Shown here: in pieces, positions 34,202 through 44,100 of the stretch
How the letters are laid out: each line of letters starts with the position of its first letter
Position numbering within the stretch: the stretch's first letter is position 1
IMG/VR virus record: IMGVR_UViG_3300034071_002361
Location: 1 to 57,495 of that record
Source of the DNA: a virus
Taxonomy: Duplodnaviria; Caudoviricetes
DNA length: 57,495 nucleotides
Strand: one strand, 5' to 3'
The notes under the pieces: model-generated
Seen by the model: the letters and a program-made list of their open reading frames with translations, nothing else
Databases searched by the model: none
What the model was told of the DNA's origin: nothing
Translations under genes and position numbers: made by a program

Positions 34202-35563
34202 ATGGCGCAGCCGCTCATGTCCAATGCCGCAGTCATGCTCCCGCAGGAGGAGAAGCTGGGCTCGGTCACCCCGGCCATGACGCCGGCGCCGGTGCCGACC
34301 CCGGGCGTTGGGATGGTCAGCAGCAAGGCGTCGGTCGGCCCTGACTCGCCGCCGAACTTCGAGCGCAGCCGCGGGCCGATGCCGGGCGACGGGACAATCC
34401 CGATGCCCAAGCCCAATGCCGCGCCCGGCGAGACGCCGATGCCCAAGTACCCCGGGACGGTCGACTCGGCAACCCCGATGCCCAAGCCGCGCCCGCAGCT
34501 CATGGGCTCTGGCACGGCGCCGTCCGCGCCTTCGACGACGGCCGGCCTCGGCGTCGCGAGCGTTGGCGACTGGCGAGCTGGGTTCAGCGAGACGGATCGT
34601 GCAGCGGTCACGCGCTCTGTGCAGGACAGCGAGCTGACCAGCAAGCAGCTCAGCCGCCTGATCGACGAGAACGGCCGCTACATCCAGCAGGCCCGGCTCG
34701 GCGCTCGCGAGGGCGCCGCTTCGCGCGGCATGCTGACCTCGAGCTTCGCTGCTGGCGCAGCCGAGCGTGCGGCCATCGATGCGGCGATGCCTATCGCTCA
34801 GGCTGACGCCAACACGTACTTCAGCACCTCGTCCGAGAACATGGCCGCCCAGAATCAGGACGCCATGCAGGATCAGGCTGGCGGCCGGCAGCTGCTCGGG
34901 CAGGACATCGGCCTTCGTGCCAATGCGTCGGAGTCGGCTCTCAATCGCCAGTTCCAGAGTTCCGAGAACGAGGTCGGTCGACAGTTCCAGAGCAGCGAGG
35001 CTGCAACCGAGCGAGGCTGGCGCAGCACCGAGGCCGGGCGGGATCGCGATCAGCAGACGCGGCTCGAGGATCTCCGTCGCCAGTTCGAGGCGTCGCAGAA
35101 CGAGCAGGAGCGAGCGCGCCTCCGCGAGGCGATGAACAACGAGATGGCGTTCAATCGCGAGCAGGGCGACCTGACGCGACAGCAGCAGCGCGTCAGCGAG
35201 TACAACAACCTGATGGCCAACCGCGAGGCACAGCTCTCGCAGCAGCTTTCGGCGATCTTCAGCAACACCAACATGAAGCCGGAGGAGCAGGCACGCGCCG
35301 CAGAAAACGCCCGCGCCGTGTTCACCTCGACGACCGCCAGCTTCAATGCCGCGTTCGCGCAGGGCGTGCCTTCGATCTTCATGCGGCCCTACGAGATGCA
35401 GCAGCCTGCCCCGGGCACGCAGCCGACGACCCCGGTGGCGCCGACGACGCCGGCGGGAACGGGCCTCCAGCCCGGGTTCACCCCGATCCCCGGCACTGAT
35501 CTGGCCAGCGGCCCGGGCGGCGTGATCCGCCGCGCCATCGATGTGGCGCTCGCCCGCGGATGA
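34202..35563 (+). CDS. Internal virion/ejection protein
   Basis: PMPK repeats, SRG.L.SS.AAGA...A.IDAA.PIAQADA motif, Q/E/R coiled coil. Confidence 0.7.
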   Translation: MAQPLMSNAAVMLPQEEKLGSVTPAMTPAPVPTPGVGMVSSKASVGPDSPPNFERSRGPMPGDGTIPMPKPNAAPGETPMPKYPGTVDSATPMPKPRPQLMGSGTAPSAPSTTAGLGVASVGDWRAGFSETDRAAVTRSVQDSELTSKQLSRLIDENGRYIQQARLGAREGAASRGMLTSSFAAGAAERAAIDAAMPIAQADANTYFSTSSENMAAQNQDAMQDQAGGRQLLGQDIGLRANASESALNRQFQSSENEVGRQFQSSEAATERGWRSTEAGRDRDQQTRLEDLRRQFEASQNEQERARLREAMNNEMAFNREQGDLTRQQQRVSEYNNLMANREAQLSQQLSAIFSNTNMKPEEQARAAENARAVFTSTTASFNAAFAQGVPSIFMRPYEMQQPAPGTQPTTPVAPTTPAGTGLQPGFTPIPGTDLASGPGGVIRRAIDVALARG

Positions 35564-36006
35564 TTGCTCGCGCAGCCACCATGAACGATCTTCCGGCGAT
35601 CATGGAGTACAGCCGGCCAGCCTGCGAGTCGTCGCCGACTTGGGCCGGCCTCGGCTACAACTCGGTGATCTGGCGGCGGACGCTGATGTCGTCGTTCAAG
35701 GATCCGACGATGTGCGTGTTCGGCGCGTTCGCCGGCGGCAAGTGCCACGGCATTCTCGTCGGCATGTCGATGCCGGCCCCGTGGTGCGCTGGCTTTCTCG
35801 CCAGCGATCTCGTGTTCGTCGCTGATCGAGCCGGCGACAAGCTGCTCGACCTGTTCATCGAGTGGTGCGACAAGCGGAAAATCAGGCGAATGGACATGGG
35901 CGTCAGCGACACTGGTCGCGACGAGGCGAAGGATCGGCTGTTCAAGTCGAAGGGCTTTGGTCGCGCTGGCGGCGTGTACTTCAGGATCAACGAGGTGGCG
36001 AAATGA
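35560..36006 (+). CDS. GNAT-fold acetyltransferase-like protein
   Basis: IARAATMNDLPAI...DLVFV.....G.KLL..F.EWC...LF.SKGF...G. Confidence 0.75.
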   Translation: MIARAATMNDLPAIMEYSRPACESSPTWAGLGYNSVIWRRTLMSSFKDPTMCVFGAFAGGKCHGILVGMSMPAPWCAGFLASDLVFVADRAGDKLLDLFIEWCDKRKIRRMDMGVSDTGRDEAKDRLFKSKGFGRAGGVYFRINEVAK

Positions 36007-36866
36007 GTGCCGTGAAAAAGGCCGTCAAGAAGGTCGGCAAGTGGGTCAAGAAGAACTGGAAGAAGATCGTCATCGCAGTGGCGATCGTCTTCACTGCCGG
36101 CGCTGCTGCCGGCGGCCTCGCTGCGATGAAGGGCGCGTTTGCCGCCAAGGGGATCATGGGAGGCATCGGGGCCACCCTCAAAGCCGGAGCTGCCGCCATA
36201 GGCAGCGTGGCAACAGGTGGAGGCATCGCTGGCGCTCAGGCCGCTGCAGGCGGCGTGCTCAATGCTGCGGCGGGCACCGCTGCGGCGGGCACTGCGGGCG
36301 CTGCCGGCGCCGGCGCGGCCAAGCTGGCCACGACCACCGCCGCCAAGGGAACCGCCACTGCGGCGACCAAGGGCGCGGCTGCGGCAACCACCAAGGGCGC
36401 AGCCGCGGCCAGCGGTAAGGCCGCAGCAGCGACGACCGCCAAGACCGCGGCCACAACCGCCAAGGCAGCAACTACTACGGCGTCGACCAAGGCAGCTGCG
36501 GCCACGACGGCAAAAGCCGCCGCGCCGGCAGCGACCAAGGTGGCGGCTGCGACCGCGCCTGCCGCGAAGGCAGCGGGCGCCGTTGGTGCAGCTGCTCCTG
36601 CTGCCCCGGCCGCCGGCGGGTTCATGAACTCGCTGGGCGGTCAAGCGGTCATCCAAGGCGGGCTCGGGCTGCTGTCCGGCTACATGCAGGGCCGGGCCGC
36701 TGACGATGAGCAGCAGGATCAGGGCTACTACGGCGTCGGCCTCAACGGCAACGCCAGCGTCGGCCCGGAGCGCCTGTCGTTCCGCGACCAGAACATCACC
36801 GGCGGCACGCAGACGTGGGCACGTCCGAGCCGACAGCTCATCTACGATCCGGCCACCGAGGGCTGA
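36003..36866 (+). CDS. Ejection/DNA pilot-like protein with Ala/Thr/Lys low-complexity stalk
   Basis: KKAVKKVGKWVKKNWKK then hydrophobic Gly/Ala segments. Confidence 0.65.
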   Translation: MSAVKKAVKKVGKWVKKNWKKIVIAVAIVFTAGAAAGGLAAMKGAFAAKGIMGGIGATLKAGAAAIGSVATGGGIAGAQAAAGGVLNAAAGTAAAGTAGAAGAGAAKLATTTAAKGTATAATKGAAAATTKGAAAASGKAAAATTAKTAATTAKAATTTASTKAAAATTAKAAAPAATKVAAATAPAAKAAGAVGAAAPAAPAAGGFMNSLGGQAVIQGGLGLLSGYMQGRAADDEQQDQGYYGVGLNGNASVGPERLSFRDQNITGGTQTWARPSRQLIYDPATEG

Positions 36867-36868
36867 CC

Positions 36869-37465
36869 ATGGACCCGATGCAGGAACAGCAGCAGACCGG
36901 TGGCGACGACGCCGACACCCAGACCTTCAAGCAGATGGTCAATGGGCTCGTCGGCCACATGTTTGGCGCCGGCGAAGAGGGCATCAAGAAGCGCCTGCGC
37001 GATGGGGCCCAGCAGCTCCCGCAGACCATGGGCACGCTCGCGCTGACGATGATCGAGGAGGCGACGCGCCAAGCTGACGAGGCCGGCGCCCAGTACGACA
37101 CCGACATGCTGCTTGGCGTGGCCTCGGAGGTGATCGACAACCTCATCGACATGGCTGATGCCATGGGCCTGATCGAAGGAACCAGCGACGACAATCTCCG
37201 CGAGGACGCGATGATGCACGCCGTCGAGTCCTACGCCATGACGGCGGAGCCCGGCAGCGAGGAGCAGGAGGCGGCGCAGCAGATGCTGCAGCAGTTCCAG
37301 CAGGACGGCACGATGGCCGAGGCCGAGGCGACCATCGCGGAGATGGGCAAGCGCCGCGGCGTCGACCCGTTCTCGGATGGCGACGCGCCCGTTGACGGCG
37401 GCCAGTCGGCTGGCCAGCCTGCCCCCGGTACGGCCGGTCCCCGGCCACTGATGCAGGGAGCCTGA
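36869..37465 (+). CDS. Hypothetical acidic virion-associated protein
   Basis: 198 aa in the ejection cluster. Confidence 0.65.
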   Translation: MDPMQEQQQTGGDDADTQTFKQMVNGLVGHMFGAGEEGIKKRLRDGAQQLPQTMGTLALTMIEEATRQADEAGAQYDTDMLLGVASEVIDNLIDMADAMGLIEGTSDDNLREDAMMHAVESYAMTAEPGSEEQEAAQQMLQQFQQDGTMAEAEATIAEMGKRRGVDPFSDGDAPVDGGQSAGQPAPGTAGPRPLMQGA

Positions 37466-37467
37466 TC

Positions 37468-38118
37468 ATGTCGAAGCGCGCACGCCGCATGGCACTGATG
37501 GGCGCAGCTCAAGGCGCGCTGCAGGGCGTGCAGACGTGGCTCAATGCGCAGATCCAGCAGCAGCGAGAAGATCGTCTTGCTGCCATTCGCGCGCAGGAGC
37601 GTGGCGAGGATCGCGCATTCCAGCGCGAGACCATGCAGATGCAGGCCGACCAGCGTCAGGCCGAGCGGGGCGAGGACCGCGAATTCCAGACCACGATGCG
37701 CGAGGGTGACCGCGAGTTCCAGCGGCAGACGCTCGAGATGCAGCAGCGGCAGCAGCTGGAGTTGGCAGATAAGTCGCGCGATACGCAGCTTGCCGTCGCC
37801 GGCACGTATCGCCAGCCGCAGGAATCTGCGCCGCTTCGCTACCTCGTGAACCGCAATGGCAACGAGGTCGAGGTGGCCGGCAACGAGCGCCAGCCCGGCG
37901 ATGTCACCATGGGCGCGATCACTGCCAGTGGCGGATTTGTTCCGATTCGTCGCAGCCAACCCGGCAGCCAGTCGAGCGGCGGACGTGACCGCCCGCTGAT
38001 GGGCGAGTCGACTTCGCGACCGGGCGGAGTGATGGCTGACGAGTCCACCGGCGGCGGCGTCGAGAAGCCCGTCTGGGACCAAAAGCTCGGAAGGTTCGTT
38101 CTTCCGTCTCAGCAGTAA
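37468..38118 (+). CDS. Ejection protein-like (Q/R/E-rich)
   Basis: GAAQGALQG N-terminus; ERGEDR.FQ repeats. Confidence 0.65.
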   Translation: MSKRARRMALMGAAQGALQGVQTWLNAQIQQQREDRLAAIRAQERGEDRAFQRETMQMQADQRQAERGEDREFQTTMREGDREFQRQTLEMQQRQQLELADKSRDTQLAVAGTYRQPQESAPLRYLVNRNGNEVEVAGNERQPGDVTMGAITASGGFVPIRRSQPGSQSSGGRDRPLMGESTSRPGGVMADESTGGGVEKPVWDQKLGRFVLPSQQ

Positions 38119-38154
38119 AAGAAAAACCGCAGCACTACAACTTGAGAGGTAAGC

Positions 38155-41100
38155 ATGCGCCGCATTCAGGTGCCGTCGGGACGGATCTTCGAGTTCCCAA
38201 CCGACGCGACGGACGACCAGATCAACGAGTTCCTATCGGGCCTTGATCAGCGCACGCTTTCCGAAGAGCGCAGCACAGCTCGAGCTGCTGGCGACATCGG
38301 CGTCGACTTCGCAGCCGGCGTCGCTGGCATGGTCCCGACCGCGATCGATGCGGTGCAGGTCGACGAGGTGCCTCGCGCTGTAACTGCCGAAGGCCGGGCG
38401 CGCGCCCTGATGGGCGAAACCGCTGGCGACATCGTCGGTGCAATCCAGAGCGTCAGCCCGGCTGGCGACATCGAGAAGCGCACGATTCGCGCCACGGAGA
38501 TGGCTGCCGGCGGACTGCGCGGCGCGGGCGAAACGCTTCAGGAAGTTGGCGCCATGCCCGGCCGCCCCGTCGAGCAGGCCCTGACCGCAACCGGCATCCC
38601 GGGCGCAGCGCTCATCGGCAGGAACGTCGACAAGATCGGTGGCTTCTTGCAGCGCGCTGGCGACTTCATCGGCGGCGACATTGCTGAGGCGCGCGCCACG
38701 GAGAATGCGCAGCGCGTTGCTGCCGGGCAGAAAACGCTCGAGCAGGAATCGCAGCAGCAGGTCACCAGTCGAGCGGCTAACGCGGTCAGCGGCTTTGTCG
38801 ACGATCAGGCGAACAACCTGCGAAGCGATTACGCCAATGCCATCTCCGCCGAGATGGGCAAGGCCATTGATGGCGGCGTCGGCACCACTGCCGAGTTCAT
38901 TGCCGACAGCCCGGGCGAGGCACTCAGCGCTGTGCTCGGCGGCTCGGCGGCCTACCTGATCCCGGGCCTTGCCTCGGCCCGTCTGGCCAAGATCGCCGGC
39001 GCGTCGGAGGGTCTTGCCACGGCCGCGGCGGTGCAAGGCACCAGCGCCGTCGTATCGGCGCAGGGCGCCGAGGGGGCCCGAGACCTCGTCATGGGCATGA
39101 GCGAGGAGCAGCTGCTCAGCGTGCCCGAGTACATGGCCGAGCGTGACCGCGGCCTTGACCACGAGCAGGCCCAGCTCGCCATCGCCAACAAGGCGTACGA
39201 CGCCGCTGCAGGCGCAGGCTTCGCGCTGAACGCCACCACTGGCGCCGTCGCCCAGCGCCTTGGCCTCGCCCCGGTCGAGCAGCTCATGGCCCGTGGCGGC
39301 CGCATCCCGGGTGTTGGCCGCGTCGCCGGCGCCGTGGGCTCTGCGATTCGCGAGGCCCCGGGCGAGGCGCTGCAGGGCGCGGGTGAGGCCCTTGGCCAAA
39401 ACCTTGGCGGCGTCGCCGCCGGGACCATGGAGGGCCGCGACGCCTTCGAGGGCGTCGGTGCCAATGCGCTGCTCGAGGCCGCGGCCGGCGCCGGAATCGG
39501 CGGCATCACCGGCTTCGTTGCCCCTCAGGCCAAGGCGGCCGAGGTCACCAGCCAGCCGACCGACCAGACCAACCCGGCGGCTCAGGCCGCCCGGGACGTG
39601 GCAGAGATCTACAGCGCGGCTCGTCAGGCCGAGCAGGAGCGCCCCAGCGCGCCGCCTGCCACCGCCCCCGTCGACGCTGCGCCAGAGCAGCCGGCGCCCG
39701 CCACAGCCTCGCCTGCTTCGCTCATGGGCGGCTTCGCCGCCGCGACCCCGCTCGACCAGAACGCCAAGCCCGCTGACGAACTCGAGGCCCAGCTCCAGCA
39801 GGCCGGCGCTGCCCCGGTCATCCGCCCTGCCGCGGAGCCCGAAGGCATGGCTGCGCTCGAGGCCTTCCAGCGTCAGCAGGCTGCACAGAATCCCCCGGCG
39901 TCGACCTCCGCTCCGTTGGGCGAAACGCCTCAACATGACGGCGCGGTAACGCCGGGGGCCCAATCGCGTCCGCGGCCGCGCGACCTGCCGGCCGTCGTGC
40001 CGTCGCCGAAGCGCGCCAAGGTTCCGCTGCGCGAGCTGAAGGCCGCCGGCCAGACGCAGCTCCCGCCGATCCGCCCGGCAGTTCCCGTCCGCGCCCCAGT
40101 CGTGGCGCCGCCCCCGGACGTTGCCGCCGCGGTGGCCGCGCAGCCTGACCGCATCAGCTTCAGCGACAACGACGTCGTCGCCCGGGCCAAGCTCGAGCAG
40201 ACCTTCCTCGGCTTCGGCATCGAGCCGGAGCTGGCGCGCACCATGGCGCAGAACGACACCGTCCCCAGTGGCGCCATCCGCGACAGCGTTACCGGCGGCT
40301 TCGACGGTCGCGCCGACGGCGTCAAGTCCGGCACCCTGCAGCGCGCGATCGACCACGTCGACCAGACGGGCGAGGATTCGTTCTTCGTCAGTGCCGACAT
40401 CAGCAACCTCGGCGGCCTGAACAAGTTCCACAACGACGTGGCCGACGAGGCGAACCGCGACTTCCGCGGCCTGACCGACGTCCTGCTGGAGGAGCTGCGC
40501 GCCACCGGCGCCGACGTCGTCCCCATGCGTACCGGCGGCGACGAGGTCGGCTACGTGGTCGTGAACGCTTCGCAAGAAGCTGTCAATGCGGCCACCGAAC
40601 GAGCACGGTCCCGTGCCGTGGAGTATGCTCGGTCCCGGGGCTTCGACCAGATCCCGCACACCAAGGCGTCCCGCACCGACAAGGGCGTGACTTTCCACAC
40701 CGGGGTGGCGCGCATCCAGCCGGGCCTGACCGTCGAGGAGATCGCCCGCGAGGCAGACCTCGGCGTGAATGCCAGCAAGAATGCGGCCTCGCCAACCAAG
40801 GAGACGAGCACCAATGAGCGACGAGAAGCGACTGGAGAGGCTGGGCCTCTCGCATCTGGCGGACAAGCCGGACGAGCTGCAGGCGGAGACGCAGCGGCAG
40901 CTGGCGGAACTGCGGGCGAAGTCGGATCGACTGCGCAGCGAGCGGATGGCCAGCGCCCCGGCGCCGCGCCGCAGCCCGATGGCGGCAGCCCCGGCCAAGT
41001 AGCCGGCGGCACTGCGCCGGCTTCCGCTGGCGCACGCATCGACCCCTTCGTCGAGTCGACCGTTCGCGCGCTGGGCCTGAGCCCGGATGCTGTGGCCATC

Positions 41101-44100
41101 GTCGACGCGCCGTCCGATCTGCCTGCCGGCGTCAGCAGCCGCGGCCTCGACGGCAAGACTGAGGGCATCTACGACCCGAAGACCGGCAAGGTCTACCTGT
41201 TCCGCGGCGCGCTGGTCAGCCCTTCGCGCGCCGTCTGGGTCACCCTCCACGAGCTGGCCGGCCACAAGGGCCTGCGCGCCCTGCTGCCGCAGGAGCAGTT
41301 TGCCCGGACCATGCAGGAGGCCGGGACCAATCCGACCATCCGCGGCATCGCCATGGCCATGATGGCCGAGGCCCGGGCTGAGGCAGAGGCCGGCGCCGCC
41401 GGCGCGCGCCCGGCCACCGACCCGACGCTGTTCATCGAAGAGGCGCTGGCCGAGTACACGGCTGCGTGGTTCACCGGCGACATCGATGCGCTGATGGATC
41501 GCTACGGCGATGCCGTGATGTTCTCGCGCCAGCAGACGGCCGAGATCGATTCGCGCATTGAGCAGGAGCGCAAGGCTGCTGAGGGCGTGGTCAAGCGCGC
41601 CATCGCCGCGGTGAAGCGCGCCCTCTTCAACACGCCGGACGTCGGCACTCGCCTGCGCATGAGCGACGCCGAGGTGGTCGGACTCATCAGCAACGCTTAC
41701 AAGTCGCTGCGCGCTGGCCAGAAACAGGCGGCTGAAGGCGCGACCATGCAGAGCCGCGTGCCGCTCTCGTCGAAGTGGATGACCGAGGACTTCGCCAAGG
41801 CGCGCAAGCAGCTTGGCCTGAGTGTCGACGGCGAGAACAAGGTGCGCAGCGTTGGCGAGGCGCTCGATGCCTACGTCGCCAAGCGCAATGGGCGAATCGA
41901 ACCGAAGGATCGCAGCCCCGAGGCGATGACCAAGATCGCCGCCGCGATGGCCGACGAGGTCATGGTGCAGATCGGCGACACCGCGCAGCAGACCGGCTCC
42001 GGCGTCGGCTGGTATTCGGTCAACTACCCGAACGCGGTGCGCCGCCTTGCGTCGCGATTCCCTGAGCTGGACAGCGACAGCGAGGCTGCAGCTCGCGGCA
42101 TGGTCAATGCCGATTCCGCTCGCAACCTGTTCACGATGATCCTCGCCGTGACGTCGAACGGCGAGAAGGTGCGCCAGAACCTGAAGATGGCGACGGAGAT
42201 GTTCGCCGCCTTCCGTGATGGCGCCAGCCTGCGCGACGCCATGCCGGGCACTCGCCGCGCCGAGGCTCTCGAGAACAACATCGAGGTGATCGATCAGCTC
42301 ATCTCTCGCTTTGGCATGGACGGCATTCGCCAGCACCTGCTGTCGGAGATGACCGTCAAGGAGATCAATGCCGAGCTGCGCAAGCGCGGCGAGAAGCCGA
42401 GCAGCGACTACACGGCAGACATGACGCTGCCGCGATCGGCCCTGTACTTCGGCGCCAAGCTGGGCGCGTTCTACGCGAACCTCGCTGGCTCCACTGGCTA
42501 CCTGACCATGGACCTGTGGTGGTCGCGCAGCTTCAACCGCTACCGCGCGAACATGCTCCCGGCTCCGACGGATAGCGGCATGGCTGCGCTTCGCGGCCTG
42601 CTTGGCCTGCCGGACAGCGCCAGCATGGAGCAGCTCATCGAGGCCGCTACGCCGTACTGGAAGGCCTACAAGGATCGCGGCTATAAGGACGGCAGCGACA
42701 TCGAGAAGAAGGCCAACACCTTCATCAAGGCCGCCGTGCTCGAGCTGAACGAGGCGCCGACCAGCGCGACCGAGCGCAAGTTCATGGTCGAGACGGCGAT
42801 CGAGGCCCAGCGCCGCCTTCGCCGCCGCGGCGTCGACCTCACGCTGGCCGACATTCAGGCCGCCCTTTGGTACTATGAGAAGCGTCTGTACGACGGCCTT
42901 GGTGTTCGCGGCCGTGACGACATTGGCTACGAGGAGGCCATCAATGAACAAGCCCAAGGTGATCGACCCGACGGACCCGCTGCACGAGGCGGTGGATCGG
43001 GCGGTGATGTCGTCGAACCCGGCCGATCGGGCGCAGAAGCTGATGGCGCTCGCGGGCGTCGAGCCGGCCGAGGACTCGCCCGAGCAGGGCGCGATGCGCG
43101 TGGCCAAGATGCGGGCGCAGAACCGCAGCCTGCTCTCCAGAGCCGCCTCCCCGGCGCGCCGGTAGTCCGTGGCTTCGACGGGCCGGACCCCCGGCTCGTC
43201 GCTGTTGCTGAGCAGTACGCCCGGGACAACGGCATCCAGCTCCGTCGACAGGCGGAGTACGTCAAGGTCGACCCCGAGCGCGCCAAGCGCATCGCCGACG
43301 CTTACGAGGCGATGGAGCACGCGCCGAATGACCCGCGCGTCCGCGCCGCCTACCGCTCGCTGATCGACCAGACGCTTGCCCAGTACCGCGCGCTCGAGGC
43401 CGCGGGCTACCGCTTCTGGTTCATCGATCTCGAGAGCGAGGCTGGCCAGCAGTACACCAGCTCGCCGTGGAACGCGATGCGCGACATCCGCGCCAACCAG
43501 CGCATGGGCGTGTTCCCGACGGCCGAGGGCTTCGGCAGCGGGGCCAGCGACCTCGATGTCGCCGACAACCCCATGCTCGAGGACACCGGCATCCGCTGGC
43601 CGTTCGGTGGCCCGGACGGCGAGGCCAAGCCGGTGCTGGCCAACGACCTGTTCCGTGCCGTGCATGACGCCTTCGGCCATGGCATCGAGGGCTCTGGCTT
43701 CCGCGCCGACGGCGAGGAGAACGCGTGGCAGGCCCACGTCCGCCTGTTCACTGGCGACGCGGTGGCGGCCATCACCAGCGAGACGCGCGGCCAGAACTCG
43801 TGGCTCAACTTCGGCCCGTTCGGTGAACGCAACCGCACCGCCTCCGCCGAGGAGACGGTGTTCGCAGACCAGAAGACCGGCCTCATGCCAGAATGGACGT
43901 GGCTCGAAGGTCGAGCTGGCGACATGCAGGAGGACGCCAATGAACAAGAGCAAGCCGACACCCGCGCCGCCGCCGATGGACAGCCCGGAGTTCGACGCGA
44001 TGGTGCGCCGGGCAGTGCAGGCGGACCTCTCCAGTCGCGCAGCTTCCCCGAAGACGCCCCGTCCTTCCGGCAGCGCAAGCAGCAAAAAGACGCGGTAAGC

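Noticed and set aside
31360-34644. 1094-aa antisense ORF and similar long minus-strand ORFs across the structural arm
   Set aside because: Same shadow-frame effect; the plus-strand genes are tightly coupled and carry recognisable motifs
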